A DNA stretch of 60,812 nt from an uncultured Clostridia bacterium (GTDB taxonomy: Bacteria; Bacillota; Clostridia; Oscillospirales; Oscillospiraceae), in NCBI GenBank assembly GCA_947164825.1, contig CAMUYE010000001.1:1-60812 (forward strand), in the 5' to 3' direction. A model generated the notes under the pieces. It made no database searches. It saw only the letters and a program-made list of their open reading frames with translations, and was not told where the DNA came from. Shown here piece by piece: positions 7,135 through 15,957 of the stretch. Made by a program: the position numbers and the translations under genes. The first letter of the stretch is position 1. Each line of letters starts with the position of its first letter.

Positions 7135-8670
7135 TCAAAACCATTTTTTCAAAACGCCCAGGATGCCTCTTGTGAAGGAGCGGCCGACCTCGCGGCCCAC
7201 GGCGTTGAGGGCGGAGTTGGCGACCTTTCCCGCGGCGGAGTTTTTCTTCTTCGCTCTTTTGGCCTTTTCTTCCTTTTCTTTCTCTTTGGCGGCCTTGGCC
7301 GCTTCTTTTTCCGCCTGTTCCTTTTCCTTCTGGGCCTGCTTTTCCGCCTCCGCCCGGGCGGCGGCTTCCTCCGCCTGCTGTCGGTCGGCGGTGATGATTT
7401 CGTAGGCGGACTCGTTGTCCACGGCGGTCTCGTACTTGCCGAAGAGCTCGTCGTACTGGATCTCCGCCCGGCGCCGTCCCTCATCAATGGGTCCCATCTG
7501 GGACTGGGGCGGCAGGATCGTGGCCCGCTCCACAACGGAAGGACGGCCCTTCTCGTCCAGGAAGCTCACCAGGGCCTCGCCGGTGCCCAGATCCAAAATG
7601 GCCTCCCGGGTGTCAAATTTCGGGTTGGGCCGGAAGCCGTCGGCGGCTGCCCGGACGGCCTTCTGCTCGTTGGGGGTGTAGGCCCGCAGGGCGTGCTGCA
7701 CCTTGTTGCCCAGCTGGGCCAGGACGGAATCCGGCACGTCGGAGGGCTGCTGGGTGATGAAAAAGACGCCCACGCCCTTGGAGCGGATCAGCTTGACCAC
7801 CTGCTCCACCTTCTCCACCAAGGCCTTCGGCGCGCCTTTGAAGAGCAGATGCGCCTCGTCGAAGAAGAAGACCAGTTTGGGCTTTTCCGGGTCGCCAACC
7901 TCGGGCAGCCGCTCGAAGAGCTCCGCCAAAAGCCAGAGCAGGAAGGTGGAATAGAGCAGCGGAGACTGATAGAGCTTCTCGCAGTGGAGGATGTTGATGT
8001 AGCCCCTCCCCTTCTCATTGCACTGAAACCAGTCCATGAGATCGATGTCCGGCTCCCCGAAGAAGCGCTCGCCGCCGGCATCCTCCAACTGGAGCAGGGC
8101 CCGCTGGATGGCCCCGGCGGACTGCTTGGAGACGTTGCCGTACTGGACGCTGAGCTCCGGGGCGTGTTCGGCCACCCAGGCCACCATGGCCCGGAGATCC
8201 TTGAGGTCGATGAGCAGCCAGCCCTTGTCGTCCGCCACCCGGAAGACGATGGTCAGCACGCCGGTCTGCACGTCGGTGAGATCCAGAAGCCGCGCCAGCA
8301 GCGGTGCGCCCATCTCGCTGACGGTGGTGCGGACCGGATGGCCCATCTCGCCGAAGACGTCCCAGAAACGGACCGGGAAGGGATGATAGGCGAAGCTCTC
8401 CGGGTCCAGGCCCAGCTTGCTCAGCCGCTTGTCGATGGACTCGCTGCGTTCACCGGTCCTGGCGCAGCCCGCCAGGTCGCCCTTGACGTCGGCCAGGAAG
8501 ACCGGGACGCCCAGCTCCGAGAAGGACTCGGCCATGACCTTCAGGCTGATGGTTTTGCCGGTGCCGGTGGCGCCGCAGATCAGGCCGTGGCGGTTCGCCA
8601 TCTTCGGCAGCAGATACGCGGGGCTCTCCCCCACGCCGATGAGTAGTTTGTCGTCTTGGAGCATGATCAT
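7135..8670 (-). CDS. DUF853 (YjgR/HerA-like) P-loop ATPase with Lys/Glu-rich C-terminal tail
   Basis: Walker A GATGTGKT and FFDEAHLLF (Walker B region). The true start may be the second ATG at 8664, judging by RBS spacing. Confidence 0.8.
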   Translation of the reverse strand: MIMLQDDKLLIGVGESPAYLLPKMANRHGLICGATGTGKTISLKVMAESFSELGVPVFLADVKGDLAGCARTGERSESIDKRLSKLGLDPESFAYHPFPVRFWDVFGEMGHPVRTTVSEMGAPLLARLLDLTDVQTGVLTIVFRVADDKGWLLIDLKDLRAMVAWVAEHAPELSVQYGNVSKQSAGAIQRALLQLEDAGGERFFGEPDIDLMDWFQCNEKGRGYINILHCEKLYQSPLLYSTFLLWLLAELFERLPEVGDPEKPKLVFFFDEAHLLFKGAPKALVEKVEQVVKLIRSKGVGVFFITQQPSDVPDSVLAQLGNKVQHALRAYTPNEQKAVRAAADGFRPNPKFDTREAILDLGTGEALVSFLDEKGRPSVVERATILPPQSQMGPIDEGRRRAEIQYDELFGKYETAVDNESAYEIITADRQQAEEAAARAEAEKQAQKEKEQAEKEAAKAAKEKEKEEKAKRAKKKNSAAGKVANSALNAVGREVGRSFTRGILGVLKKWF

Positions 8671-8863
8671 ATCCCCTTTTCCCGCAGCGCACTGAACGCT
8701 GCCGCATTTTATTTATTATACCAGACATTTTCCGCGCTATCAAGTGAAAAAATACGCTTCCTTTCCGGCGAAGAGAAATTAAGCTTCGACTAAGGCAGAA
8801 CTTAAGTTCCGCTTAAGGTACCCCTGTTATGATGGCGTCAGAAAACACAAGGAGGCGCTTTCC

Positions 8864-9613
8864 ATGCTGCAGTCGATCACTTCTCCCACAACGCTGAACG
8901 CGGAAAACCCCATCGCGGTCATGCAGCGTCGGGAGCTGAAATATATCCTCACCCGGGAGCAGACCGCTCTGCTCCGACAGGCCATGGCGGGCCATATGGA
9001 GGCTGACCAGTTCGGTCGGACAACCATCGGCACGCTGTACTATGACACCCCGGACTACCGGCTGATCCGCGCCTCCATCGAAAAACCGGAATACAAGGAA
9101 AAGCTCCGGCTGCGGAGCTACGGCAGAGCCGGGGAGAACTCCCCCGTCTTCCTGGAACTGAAGCGGAAGTACGAGGGCGTCGTCTACAAGCGGAGAGTGA
9201 AGACCACCGTGGGCGGCGCGGCCGCCTTCCTCCGCCGGGATACGGACGGACCGGACGACGGCCAGATCAGCCGGGAGCTCACAGCCTTCCGCGAGCACTA
9301 CGGCGCGCTGATCCCCAGCTGCATGATCATCTATGACCGGACCGCCTACGTGGAGCGCGGCGGAGATCTTCGGCTGACCATTGATGAGAACCCCCGCTAC
9401 CGGGTCCGGGATCTGGATCTGACCCGTCCCATGGACGGCACGCCCCTGCTGCGCGATGGCTGCGCCATTCTGGAGCTGAAGGTCCAGAGCGCGATCCCCC
9501 TCTGGCTGAGCCGGGTGCTCAGCGAGGGCCGCATCTACAAGGCCAGCTTCTCCAAGTACGGCGAAGCCTACCGCCGCGAACTGCTGCGCCGCACGCTGCG
9601 CAGCGCATCCTGA
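8864..9613 (+). CDS. VTC-domain (polyphosphate polymerase-like, CYTH/triphosphate tunnel) protein
   Basis: MQRRELKYILTREQ...TIGTLYYDTPDYRLIRASIEKPEYKEKLRLRSYG...FLELKRKYEGVVYKRR, the bacterial VTC-domain pattern. RBS AAGGAGG. Confidence 0.75.
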   Translation: MLQSITSPTTLNAENPIAVMQRRELKYILTREQTALLRQAMAGHMEADQFGRTTIGTLYYDTPDYRLIRASIEKPEYKEKLRLRSYGRAGENSPVFLELKRKYEGVVYKRRVKTTVGGAAAFLRRDTDGPDDGQISRELTAFREHYGALIPSCMIIYDRTAYVERGGDLRLTIDENPRYRVRDLDLTRPMDGTPLLRDGCAILELKVQSAIPLWLSRVLSEGRIYKASFSKYGEAYRRELLRRTLRSAS

Positions 9614-9633
9614 TCGGAAAGGATTGATTCTAT

Positions 9634-10320
9634 TTGAGTATCTTGTTTGATTCGATTTATTCCTCCACCGTGACCGCCCCGCAGTTCTTCCTGATGGCGG
9701 GCGTCGCCCTGGCCAGCGGCCTGCTCTTTGCCTGGTTCCTCTCCTTCCGCATCCGCGCCCAGGACCGCTTCTTCCTGGTAAGCGCCCTGGTGCCCTTTGT
9801 GGTGGCCTTTGTGATCACCTTCGTCAAGGGCAACATCGGCGCGGGCGTAGCCCTGGGCGGCGGCTGCTTCGGCCTGATTCGCTTCCGCTCCGCCCAGGGC
9901 ACGGCGGATGAGCTGGCCGCGGTCCTGATCGGCATGGCCTCCGGCGTTGCCTTCGGCATGGGCTACGTGGGCTACGGCGTGGTGATCCTGCTGGCGCTGG
10001 CCTTGCTCTGGCTGCTGCTTTCTTCCGCAAATCTCTTCCGGCACAGGTCCATGGCCGCCGATCAGCTCCTGCACATCACGATCCCCGAGACCCTGGAATA
10101 CAACGGCGCTTTCGATGAGACCTTCGCCCGTTATCTCCGGTCGGCAGAGCCCGTGGGCGTCAAGACCACCGGCATGGGCTCTATGTTCCGTCTGTCCTAC
10201 AAGGTGCAGCTCAAGGATCCCGCCGAGGAAAAGGCTTTGATCGACGAGCTTCGGACCCGCAACGGTAATCTGGAAATCGCGCTGCTGCCCTATTTTGAGA
10301 GCTCCTCCCTCCAGCTTTGA
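9634..10320 (+). CDS. DUF4956-type membrane protein (usual partner of bacterial VTC-domain proteins)
   Basis: TTG start. 3-4 TM helices followed by a soluble C-terminal domain ...MFRLSYKVQLKDPAEEKALIDELRTRNGNLEIAL. Confidence 0.65.
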   Translation: MSILFDSIYSSTVTAPQFFLMAGVALASGLLFAWFLSFRIRAQDRFFLVSALVPFVVAFVITFVKGNIGAGVALGGGCFGLIRFRSAQGTADELAAVLIGMASGVAFGMGYVGYGVVILLALALLWLLLSSANLFRHRSMAADQLLHITIPETLEYNGAFDETFARYLRSAEPVGVKTTGMGSMFRLSYKVQLKDPAEEKALIDELRTRNGNLEIALLPYFESSSLQL

Positions 10321-10367
10321 TTGTTTTCATTCTCGTCTCCTTTTTCAGTTCCCCCCTTCGCAAACGA

Positions 10368-10405
10368 AGCGAGGCAATTCCATGTGAATTGTCTCGCTTT
10401 GTTCG
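10368..10405 (+). terminator. intrinsic terminator after the VTC/DUF4956 pair
   Basis: AGCGAGGCAATTC-CATGT-GAATTGTCTCGCT (one mismatch) followed by TTGTTCG. Confidence 0.5.
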
Positions 10406-10439
10406 TCCGATTCTCTGAAATCCCGCAAAAAACGCAAAA

Positions 10440-10474
10440 TAATGCGTGCTTCCCGGGCTGTTATGGTGTATAAT
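10440..10474 (+). promoter_or_regulatory. candidate promoter of fbp (-10 only is convincing)
   Basis: GGTGTATAAT with TATAAT at 10469-10474, 32 nt upstream of the ATG. The -35 is poor. Confidence 0.35.
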
Positions 10475-10506
10475 AGAAGAAAATATACGCGAAAGGGGTC
10501 AAAATC

Positions 10507-12471
10507 ATGGAACATGATCCGAAGCTGCCCGAGCTGTCCTGGCTCGATCTGCTGGCCGAGCAGTATCCGACGGTAGAAGCCGCCTCCGCCGAGATGGTAC
10601 GGCTGCGGGCCTTCCTGCAGCTGCCAAAGGGGACGGAATACTATTTCAGCGACCTGCACGGAGAACACGAGGCCTTTATCCACCTGCTGCGCTCCGCCTC
10701 GGGCACCATCCGCGACAAGATCAACGCCATCCATGGCGCCGCCCTGCTGGAAACGGATCTGGACGAGCTGGCCTCCCTGATCTACTACCCGGAGCAGGTC
10801 ATCCGCCATCGGCGGGCGTCGGGGGAGGTCGATGAATGGGAGCGGCTGATGATCTTCCGGCTCATGCCCGTGCTCCAGGAGGTCTGCCGGAAGTACGCCC
10901 ACGACCACGTGGACGAGCTCACCAGCAGCAAGTACCGCTTCGTGATCCGGGAGCTCATGGGTTCTTCCGAGGACCCGGCCAAGTCGGTCTATTACCGGGA
11001 GCTTATCGCGGCGGCGGTGGACGCCGGCATCGGCGACGGCCTCATCGCCAATCTCTGCTACCAGATCCAGCAGGTGGCGGTGGACAATCTCCATATCATC
11101 GGCGACCTCTATGACCGGGGGCCCGGTCCCCACAAGATCCTGGACGAGCTGCTCTACCACCACAACGTGGATATCCAGTGGGGCAACCACGACATCGACT
11201 GGATCGGCGCGGCGGCAGGCAATCCGGTCAACCTCTTCTCGGTGCTGCGCAAGGCCATCAGCTACAACAATTTCGACATGCTGGAGGACGGCTACGGCAT
11301 CAACCTCCGGCCCCTTTCCATGTTCGCCGACGAGGTCTACGCCGGGGACCCCTGCAAGGCCTTCCGGCCCCACATCCTGGATGAGAACAAGTACGACCCC
11401 GTGGACCCCGCTCTGGCCGCCAAAATGCACAAGGCCGTGGCCATCATCATGTTCAAGCTGGAGGGCCAGCTGATCCGCCGGAATCCGGGCTTCGGCCTGG
11501 ACCACCGGCTGCTGCTGGACAAGCTGGACCTGGAAAAGGGCGTGCTGCGGATCGACGGGGCGGAATACCCCCTCTGCGACACCAACTTCCCCACCCTGGA
11601 CCCCGCGGATCCCTACGCTTTGACGGACCGCGAGCAGGCCCTGGTGGACATCCTCCGGACCTCTTTCCGCCATTCCTCCGTCCTGAAGCGGCACATGGAT
11701 TTCCTCATGAGCCACGGCTCCATGTACAAGGCCATCAACGGCAATCTGCTCTACCACGGCTGCATCCCCATGGAGGCCGACGGCAGCTTCTCCGCCCTGG
11801 AGCTGGACGGAACGCTCTGCCGCGGCAAGGCCATGCTGGACGCCCTGGACAATATCGTCCGCCGGGCCTACTACCAGCATGAGCCCGCTTGCGTGGACTT
11901 TATGTGGTATCTCTGGAGCGGGGCCAAGTCTCCCCTCTTCGGCAAAGCGCGGATGACCACCTTCGAGCGCTACTTTACCGCCAAGGATCTGCCGGAGGCG
12001 GACCGGCTGCGCCACGAATCCAAGGACCCCTATTACAGCCTCTACGAGCAGCCGTCCACGGTCCGGGCGATCCTGACGGACTTCGGTCTGGACCCGGAGC
12101 ATTCCCACATCATCAACGGCCACGTCCCCGTCAAGAAGGGCGAAAGCCCCATCAAGTGCGAAGGCCGGCTCTTCGTCATCGACGGGGGGATCTCCAAGGC
12201 CTACCAGTCCACCACCGGCATCGCGGGCTATACGCTGATCTTCAACTCGCACAGTCTGACCCTGGCCGAGCACCGCCCCTTCCAAAAGGCCACGGGAAGC
12301 TCCATCGCCCAGACCTTTACCAAAACCCGGGTGGTGGAGGCCATGCCCCACCGGATCCTGATGGCGGAGACCGACGAGGGAAAGGCCCTGACCGCCAGGA
12401 TCGCCGCCCTGGAGGCCCTGCTCCGCAGCTATCGGGACGGCCTGATCCGGGAACAGCGGCCCGGACGTTAG
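10507..12471 (+). CDS. fbp: fructose-1,6-bisphosphatase, class 3
   Basis: 654 aa. LAEQYPTVEAASAEMVRLRAFLQLPKGTEYYFSDLHGEHEAF...GDLYDRGPGPHKILD...WGNHDI (metallophosphoesterase core of Firmicutes FBPase III). Confidence 0.92.
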   Translation: MEHDPKLPELSWLDLLAEQYPTVEAASAEMVRLRAFLQLPKGTEYYFSDLHGEHEAFIHLLRSASGTIRDKINAIHGAALLETDLDELASLIYYPEQVIRHRRASGEVDEWERLMIFRLMPVLQEVCRKYAHDHVDELTSSKYRFVIRELMGSSEDPAKSVYYRELIAAAVDAGIGDGLIANLCYQIQQVAVDNLHIIGDLYDRGPGPHKILDELLYHHNVDIQWGNHDIDWIGAAAGNPVNLFSVLRKAISYNNFDMLEDGYGINLRPLSMFADEVYAGDPCKAFRPHILDENKYDPVDPALAAKMHKAVAIIMFKLEGQLIRRNPGFGLDHRLLLDKLDLEKGVLRIDGAEYPLCDTNFPTLDPADPYALTDREQALVDILRTSFRHSSVLKRHMDFLMSHGSMYKAINGNLLYHGCIPMEADGSFSALELDGTLCRGKAMLDALDNIVRRAYYQHEPACVDFMWYLWSGAKSPLFGKARMTTFERYFTAKDLPEADRLRHESKDPYYSLYEQPSTVRAILTDFGLDPEHSHIINGHVPVKKGESPIKCEGRLFVIDGGISKAYQSTTGIAGYTLIFNSHSLTLAEHRPFQKATGSSIAQTFTKTRVVEAMPHRILMAETDEGKALTARIAALEALLRSYRDGLIREQRPGR

Positions 12472-12532
12472 GCGTCCGGGACCCGACGGGCCCCGAAGCA
12501 CAGCCCCCATCTTCTCATAACGAGGTGATTTT

Positions 12533-13681
12533 ATGGCTTTTCCCAAGCTCTCTCCGCCTGACCAGGAAGAACGGGTCCCCTGGCTGGACGCCGCGCGTGC
12601 GTTGGCGATTCTCTCCGTGACCTGCAACCACGCCTTTATCCTGGCATATCCCGCCATGCGGAATATGAAGGACTATTACCAGGCCGCTTCCCTGCCGATC
12701 TCCGGTGCGGCGGCCCTGTTCTTTGTGTTCAGCCGTCTGGGCGTTCCCCTGTTTCTGATGATCTCCGGCGCTCTGCTGCTGGACCGGGACTACACGAAGC
12801 CCGGGGCGCTGAAGCGGTTCTACACCCACAACTGGCTCCGGCTGCTGCTGGTCACTGAGCTCTGGAATGTGCTGATCTATCTGGTTTTCCCGCTGATTTA
12901 CGGTTTCTTCGGACCCAGGCCCGGGCTGCGCGCTCTTCTGACAAATCTGGGAAAAGCGCTGCTCTTTCTCAACGCGGACGACGTGGGCAGCCGCTGGTAC
13001 ATGGCAATGATCCTCTGCGTCTATCCGCTGATCCCACCGCTGGCTGCCGCCCTGCGGCGGCTGCCGGGGAAGGCCTTCCTCCTGCCCGGTCTCGCCGTGG
13101 TGATCTTTGCCTTTCTGATTCCCAACGTCAACACCGCCCTGGAAGCCGCGGGCCTGAAGCTTCAGCTGAACGCTTCTGTGACGGCCGCCTACCTGCTGCC
13201 CGTCTATGTGCTCTATCTGGTTTTGGGCTATTATTTGGATCGCGGGCTGCTGGCAAACCGCTCCGTCTGGTTTTTAGTCCCCGGCTTCGCGCTGAGCTTC
13301 CTCGCCACGGGACTTTTCCAGCTCTGGATCTTCTCCGCGGGGACAGGGTACGGGGTGCGCTACGCGGACCTGGGGATCCTGGTCAGCTCCGTCTTCCTCT
13401 TTGCTCTGCTGCGGCGGATCAGGGCCGGACGTCTGCTCCGGGGGATCCCCGCCCGGGTCACGGCAAGCTGCGCCCTGGGGATCTTCTTCCTGCACATCCC
13501 TCTGATCCGGTACTGTGTGACGCTTCCCTTTCACAGGGTTCTCAGCACTTACGTCTTCCGCTATTTTCTGATCCTCTGGGCTGCTGGCTTCTTCGGCAGT
13601 CTGCTGGTAGTCTGGCTGACCGGGAAGCTCCCCCTTGTGGGAAAGTGGCTGTACCTCATGCGGCCGCGTAAAAAGGATTGA
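12533..13681 (+). CDS. acyltransferase-3 family membrane O-acyltransferase
   Basis: 382 aa, ~10 TM. N-terminal VPWLDAARALAILSVTCNH motif of acyltransferase 3. RBS GAGGTGA. Confidence 0.75.
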   Translation: MAFPKLSPPDQEERVPWLDAARALAILSVTCNHAFILAYPAMRNMKDYYQAASLPISGAAALFFVFSRLGVPLFLMISGALLLDRDYTKPGALKRFYTHNWLRLLLVTELWNVLIYLVFPLIYGFFGPRPGLRALLTNLGKALLFLNADDVGSRWYMAMILCVYPLIPPLAAALRRLPGKAFLLPGLAVVIFAFLIPNVNTALEAAGLKLQLNASVTAAYLLPVYVLYLVLGYYLDRGLLANRSVWFLVPGFALSFLATGLFQLWIFSAGTGYGVRYADLGILVSSVFLFALLRRIRAGRLLRGIPARVTASCALGIFFLHIPLIRYCVTLPFHRVLSTYVFRYFLILWAAGFFGSLLVVWLTGKLPLVGKWLYLMRPRKKD

Positions 13682-13709
13682 TCCCAGCGAATCTGCAACG
13701 GGATAAAAT

Positions 13710-13753
13710 GAGCGAGGCCCCGCGGGACCTCGCTCGTTTCGTTTTATTTTTTT
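13710..13753 (+). terminator. intrinsic terminator between convergent acyltransferase and metG
   Basis: GAGCGAGG-CCCCGCGGGA-CCTCGCTC followed by GTTTCGTTTTATTTTTTT. Confidence 0.7.
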
Positions 13754-13761
13754 GCGTAGGA

Positions 13762-15828
13762 TCAGCACAGGCGGCTGCCCGCAGGGATGGCGTCGTCCAG
13801 GATCAGCAGGTGCAGCTGCTCGCCGCGCTCGGCGGAGAGGAGCATCCCGCAGCTGAGCTGGCCCATCATCTTCCGGGGGGCCAGGTTGGTGACGGCCACC
13901 AGGGTCTTGCCGATCAGCTCCTCGGGCTTGTAGAACTTGGCGATGCCGGAGAGGATCTGCCGGGGGGTGCCGCTGCCGTCGTCCAGCTGGAACTTCAACA
14001 GCTTCTCGGACTTCTTCACGTTCTCGCAGGCCAGGACCTTGACGACGGTCATCTCGACCTTGGTGAAGTCGTCGAAGGCGATGGGCGGCAGAGGCTCGGG
14101 CAGGGGGGCGTCCTCGTCGGAGGGAGGGCCGATGTGGGCATCGGCCCCTACGGCGGCGTCCTCCTGTGGCGCACAGTGTGCGCCGCTGTCGGCGTCCCCT
14201 GTTGCCTGTTGCCTGTTGCCTGTTGCCTCAGCAGCCTGGGCGGCCTGGAGCTTCTCGAGCTCCTCCAGCTCCTTGGCGGCGTCGATGCGGGGGAAGAGGG
14301 CGGGGCCGTTCTCCACCTTGGCGTCCCGGTAGAGGGTGCCGAAGAAGCCCAGGGAGTCCCAGTCGTACTCCGTCGCGCCGATGCGCTTCATAATTTCGGC
14401 GGAGGTGTCAGGCATGAAGGGCTGCAGCAGGCCGCCGCAGATGCGGACGGTCTCCAGCAGGTTGTAGAGCACCCGGGCCAGGCGGGGCTTCAGGGCCTCG
14501 TCTTTGGCCAGCTTCCAGGGCTCGTTCTCGTCGATATACTTGTTGGCCCGGCCGATGACCTTAAAGATCTCGCCCAGGGCGTTCTGGAAGGCGTACTTCT
14601 CCATCTGCTCCTCATAGACGTGGACCAGGTCGCAGGCCATGGTGATGAGCTCGTCGTCCTTCTCCTCGTCCTCCTGCTGCTCCAGGGGAAGCTGCCCGCC
14701 GAAATACTTGCCCACCATGGCCACGGTGCGGCTGACCAGGTTGCCCAGGTCGTTGGCCAGGTCCACGTTGATGCAGGAAATCAGGCTCTCGTTGGTGAAA
14801 TTGCCGTCGGAGCCGAAGGGGAAGGTCCGGAGCATGAAGAAGCGCAGGGCGTCCACGCCGTAGCGCTCCGCCAGCAGGTAGGGATCCACCACGTTGCCCT
14901 TGGACTTGGACATTTTATCGCCGTTAAAGTTCAGCCAGCCGTGGCCGTAGATCTTCTTCGGCAGGGGCAGACCCATGCTCATGAGGAAGGCGGGCCAGTA
15001 GATGGCGTGGAAGCGGACGATCTCCTTGCCGATGAAGTGGACGTCGGCGGGCCAGAAGCGCTTCCAGTCCTCGCCGTTGTCGTTCAGGTAGCCCAGGGGG
15101 GACAGATAGCTGAACAGGGCGTCCAGCCATACGTAGACCACGTGCTTCCCGTCGAAATCCACGGGCACGCCCCAGGTGAAGCTGGTGCGGGAGACGCAGA
15201 GGTCCTGCAGGCCGCCTTCGCAGTCGATGAAGTTGTTGACCATCTCGTTGACCCGGCTCCTGGGCTCCAGGAAGTCGGTTTCGGTGAGGAGCTTGCGCAC
15301 CTGATCCGCATACTTGCTTGCGCGGAAGAAGTAGGCTTCCTCCCGGGCGGGCTGGACCTCGCGGCCGCAGTCGGGGCACTTGCCGTCCTTGAGCTGGCTC
15401 TCGGTCCAGAAGGACTCGCAGGGAGTGCAGTACAGGCCCTCGTAGCTGCTCTTGTAGATGTCGCCCTTCTCGTACATGGTCCGGAAGACGGTCTGGACGG
15501 TCTTCAGATGGCTTTCGTCGGTGGTGCGGACGAAGCGGTCATAGGAGACGTTCATCAGCTTCCACAGATCCTTGACGCCCTTGGGGGCCTCCACGATGGA
15601 GTCCACGAACTGCTTGGGGGTCACGCCGGCCTCTTTGGCCTTGTTTTCGATCTTCTGGCCGTGCTCGTCGGTGCCGGTGAGGAAGATCACGTCGGCGCCC
15701 CGCATTCGCTTATACCGGGCCATGACGTCCGTGGCCACGGTGCAGTAGGCATGGCCGATGTGGAGCCGGCTGGAGGGATAATAGATGGGGGTCGTGATAA
15801 AGAATTTCTCTTTGCACTGGTCGCACAT
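13762..15828 (-). CDS. metG: methionine--tRNA ligase with C-terminal tRNA-binding (EMAP/Trbp111-like) domain
   Basis: Trimmed to ATG 15826-15828 (AGGAGGAAATCACT upstream). ITTPIYYPSSRLHIGHAY (HIGH), KMSKSKGN (KMSKS), zinc knuckle CPDCG. The C-terminal FTKVEMTVVKVLACENVKKSEKLLKFQLD is an OB-fold. The linker carries a repeat element (see 14126-14229). Confidence 0.95.
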   Translation of the reverse strand: MCDQCKEKFFITTPIYYPSSRLHIGHAYCTVATDVMARYKRMRGADVIFLTGTDEHGQKIENKAKEAGVTPKQFVDSIVEAPKGVKDLWKLMNVSYDRFVRTTDESHLKTVQTVFRTMYEKGDIYKSSYEGLYCTPCESFWTESQLKDGKCPDCGREVQPAREEAYFFRASKYADQVRKLLTETDFLEPRSRVNEMVNNFIDCEGGLQDLCVSRTSFTWGVPVDFDGKHVVYVWLDALFSYLSPLGYLNDNGEDWKRFWPADVHFIGKEIVRFHAIYWPAFLMSMGLPLPKKIYGHGWLNFNGDKMSKSKGNVVDPYLLAERYGVDALRFFMLRTFPFGSDGNFTNESLISCINVDLANDLGNLVSRTVAMVGKYFGGQLPLEQQEDEEKDDELITMACDLVHVYEEQMEKYAFQNALGEIFKVIGRANKYIDENEPWKLAKDEALKPRLARVLYNLLETVRICGGLLQPFMPDTSAEIMKRIGATEYDWDSLGFFGTLYRDAKVENGPALFPRIDAAKELEELEKLQAAQAAEATGNRQQATGDADSGAHCAPQEDAAVGADAHIGPPSDEDAPLPEPLPPIAFDDFTKVEMTVVKVLACENVKKSEKLLKFQLDDGSGTPRQILSGIAKFYKPEELIGKTLVAVTNLAPRKMMGQLSCGMLLSAERGEQLHLLILDDAIPAGSRLC
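14126..14229 (-). repeat. composite element inside metG: (GGCAACA)x4 heptad array + GC hairpin + GTAG-headed REP
   Basis: Minus strand: GAG GCAACAG GCAACAG GCAACAG GCAACAG GGGAC...GGCGCAC-ACT-GTGCGCC...CCGTAGGGGCCGATG-CCCA-CATCGGCCC. Translated in frame as EATGNRQQATGDADSGAHCAPQEDAAVGADAHIGPP. Confidence 0.85.
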
Positions 15829-15908
15829 AGTGATTTCCTCCTTTGTGTTCAGGGATGGCATGTATTATATCCGTTTTACAGGCAAAATGCAAGCATTTTT
15901 TGCAGGAA

Positions 15909-15941
15909 GCGCGGGAGAACCTTACAGAGGTTCTCCCGCGC
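15909..15941 (-). terminator. strong GC hairpin after the upstream gene (no clear U-tract)
   Basis: GCGCGGGAGAACC-7 nt-GGTTCTCCCGCGC, 17 nt after the stop at 15958. On the minus strand it is followed by TTCCTGCAAAAAA, so a canonical intrinsic terminator is doubtful. Confidence 0.35.
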
Positions 15942-15957
15942 TTCCCGCTCCGTCCCG

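Noticed and set aside
7135-7420. Lys/Glu-rich tails of the DUF853 ATPase and of DUF2953 (about 51200-51450) as further repeat-element insertions
   Set aside because: The DNA there shows no palindromes, GTAG heads or 7-bp periodicity. It looks like ordinary low-complexity charged linkers.
15829-15957. T-box or other leader upstream of metG
   Set aside because: The spacer is only ~130 nt and contains a single hairpin belonging to the upstream gene's 3' end. I saw no specifier/T-box-like sequence.
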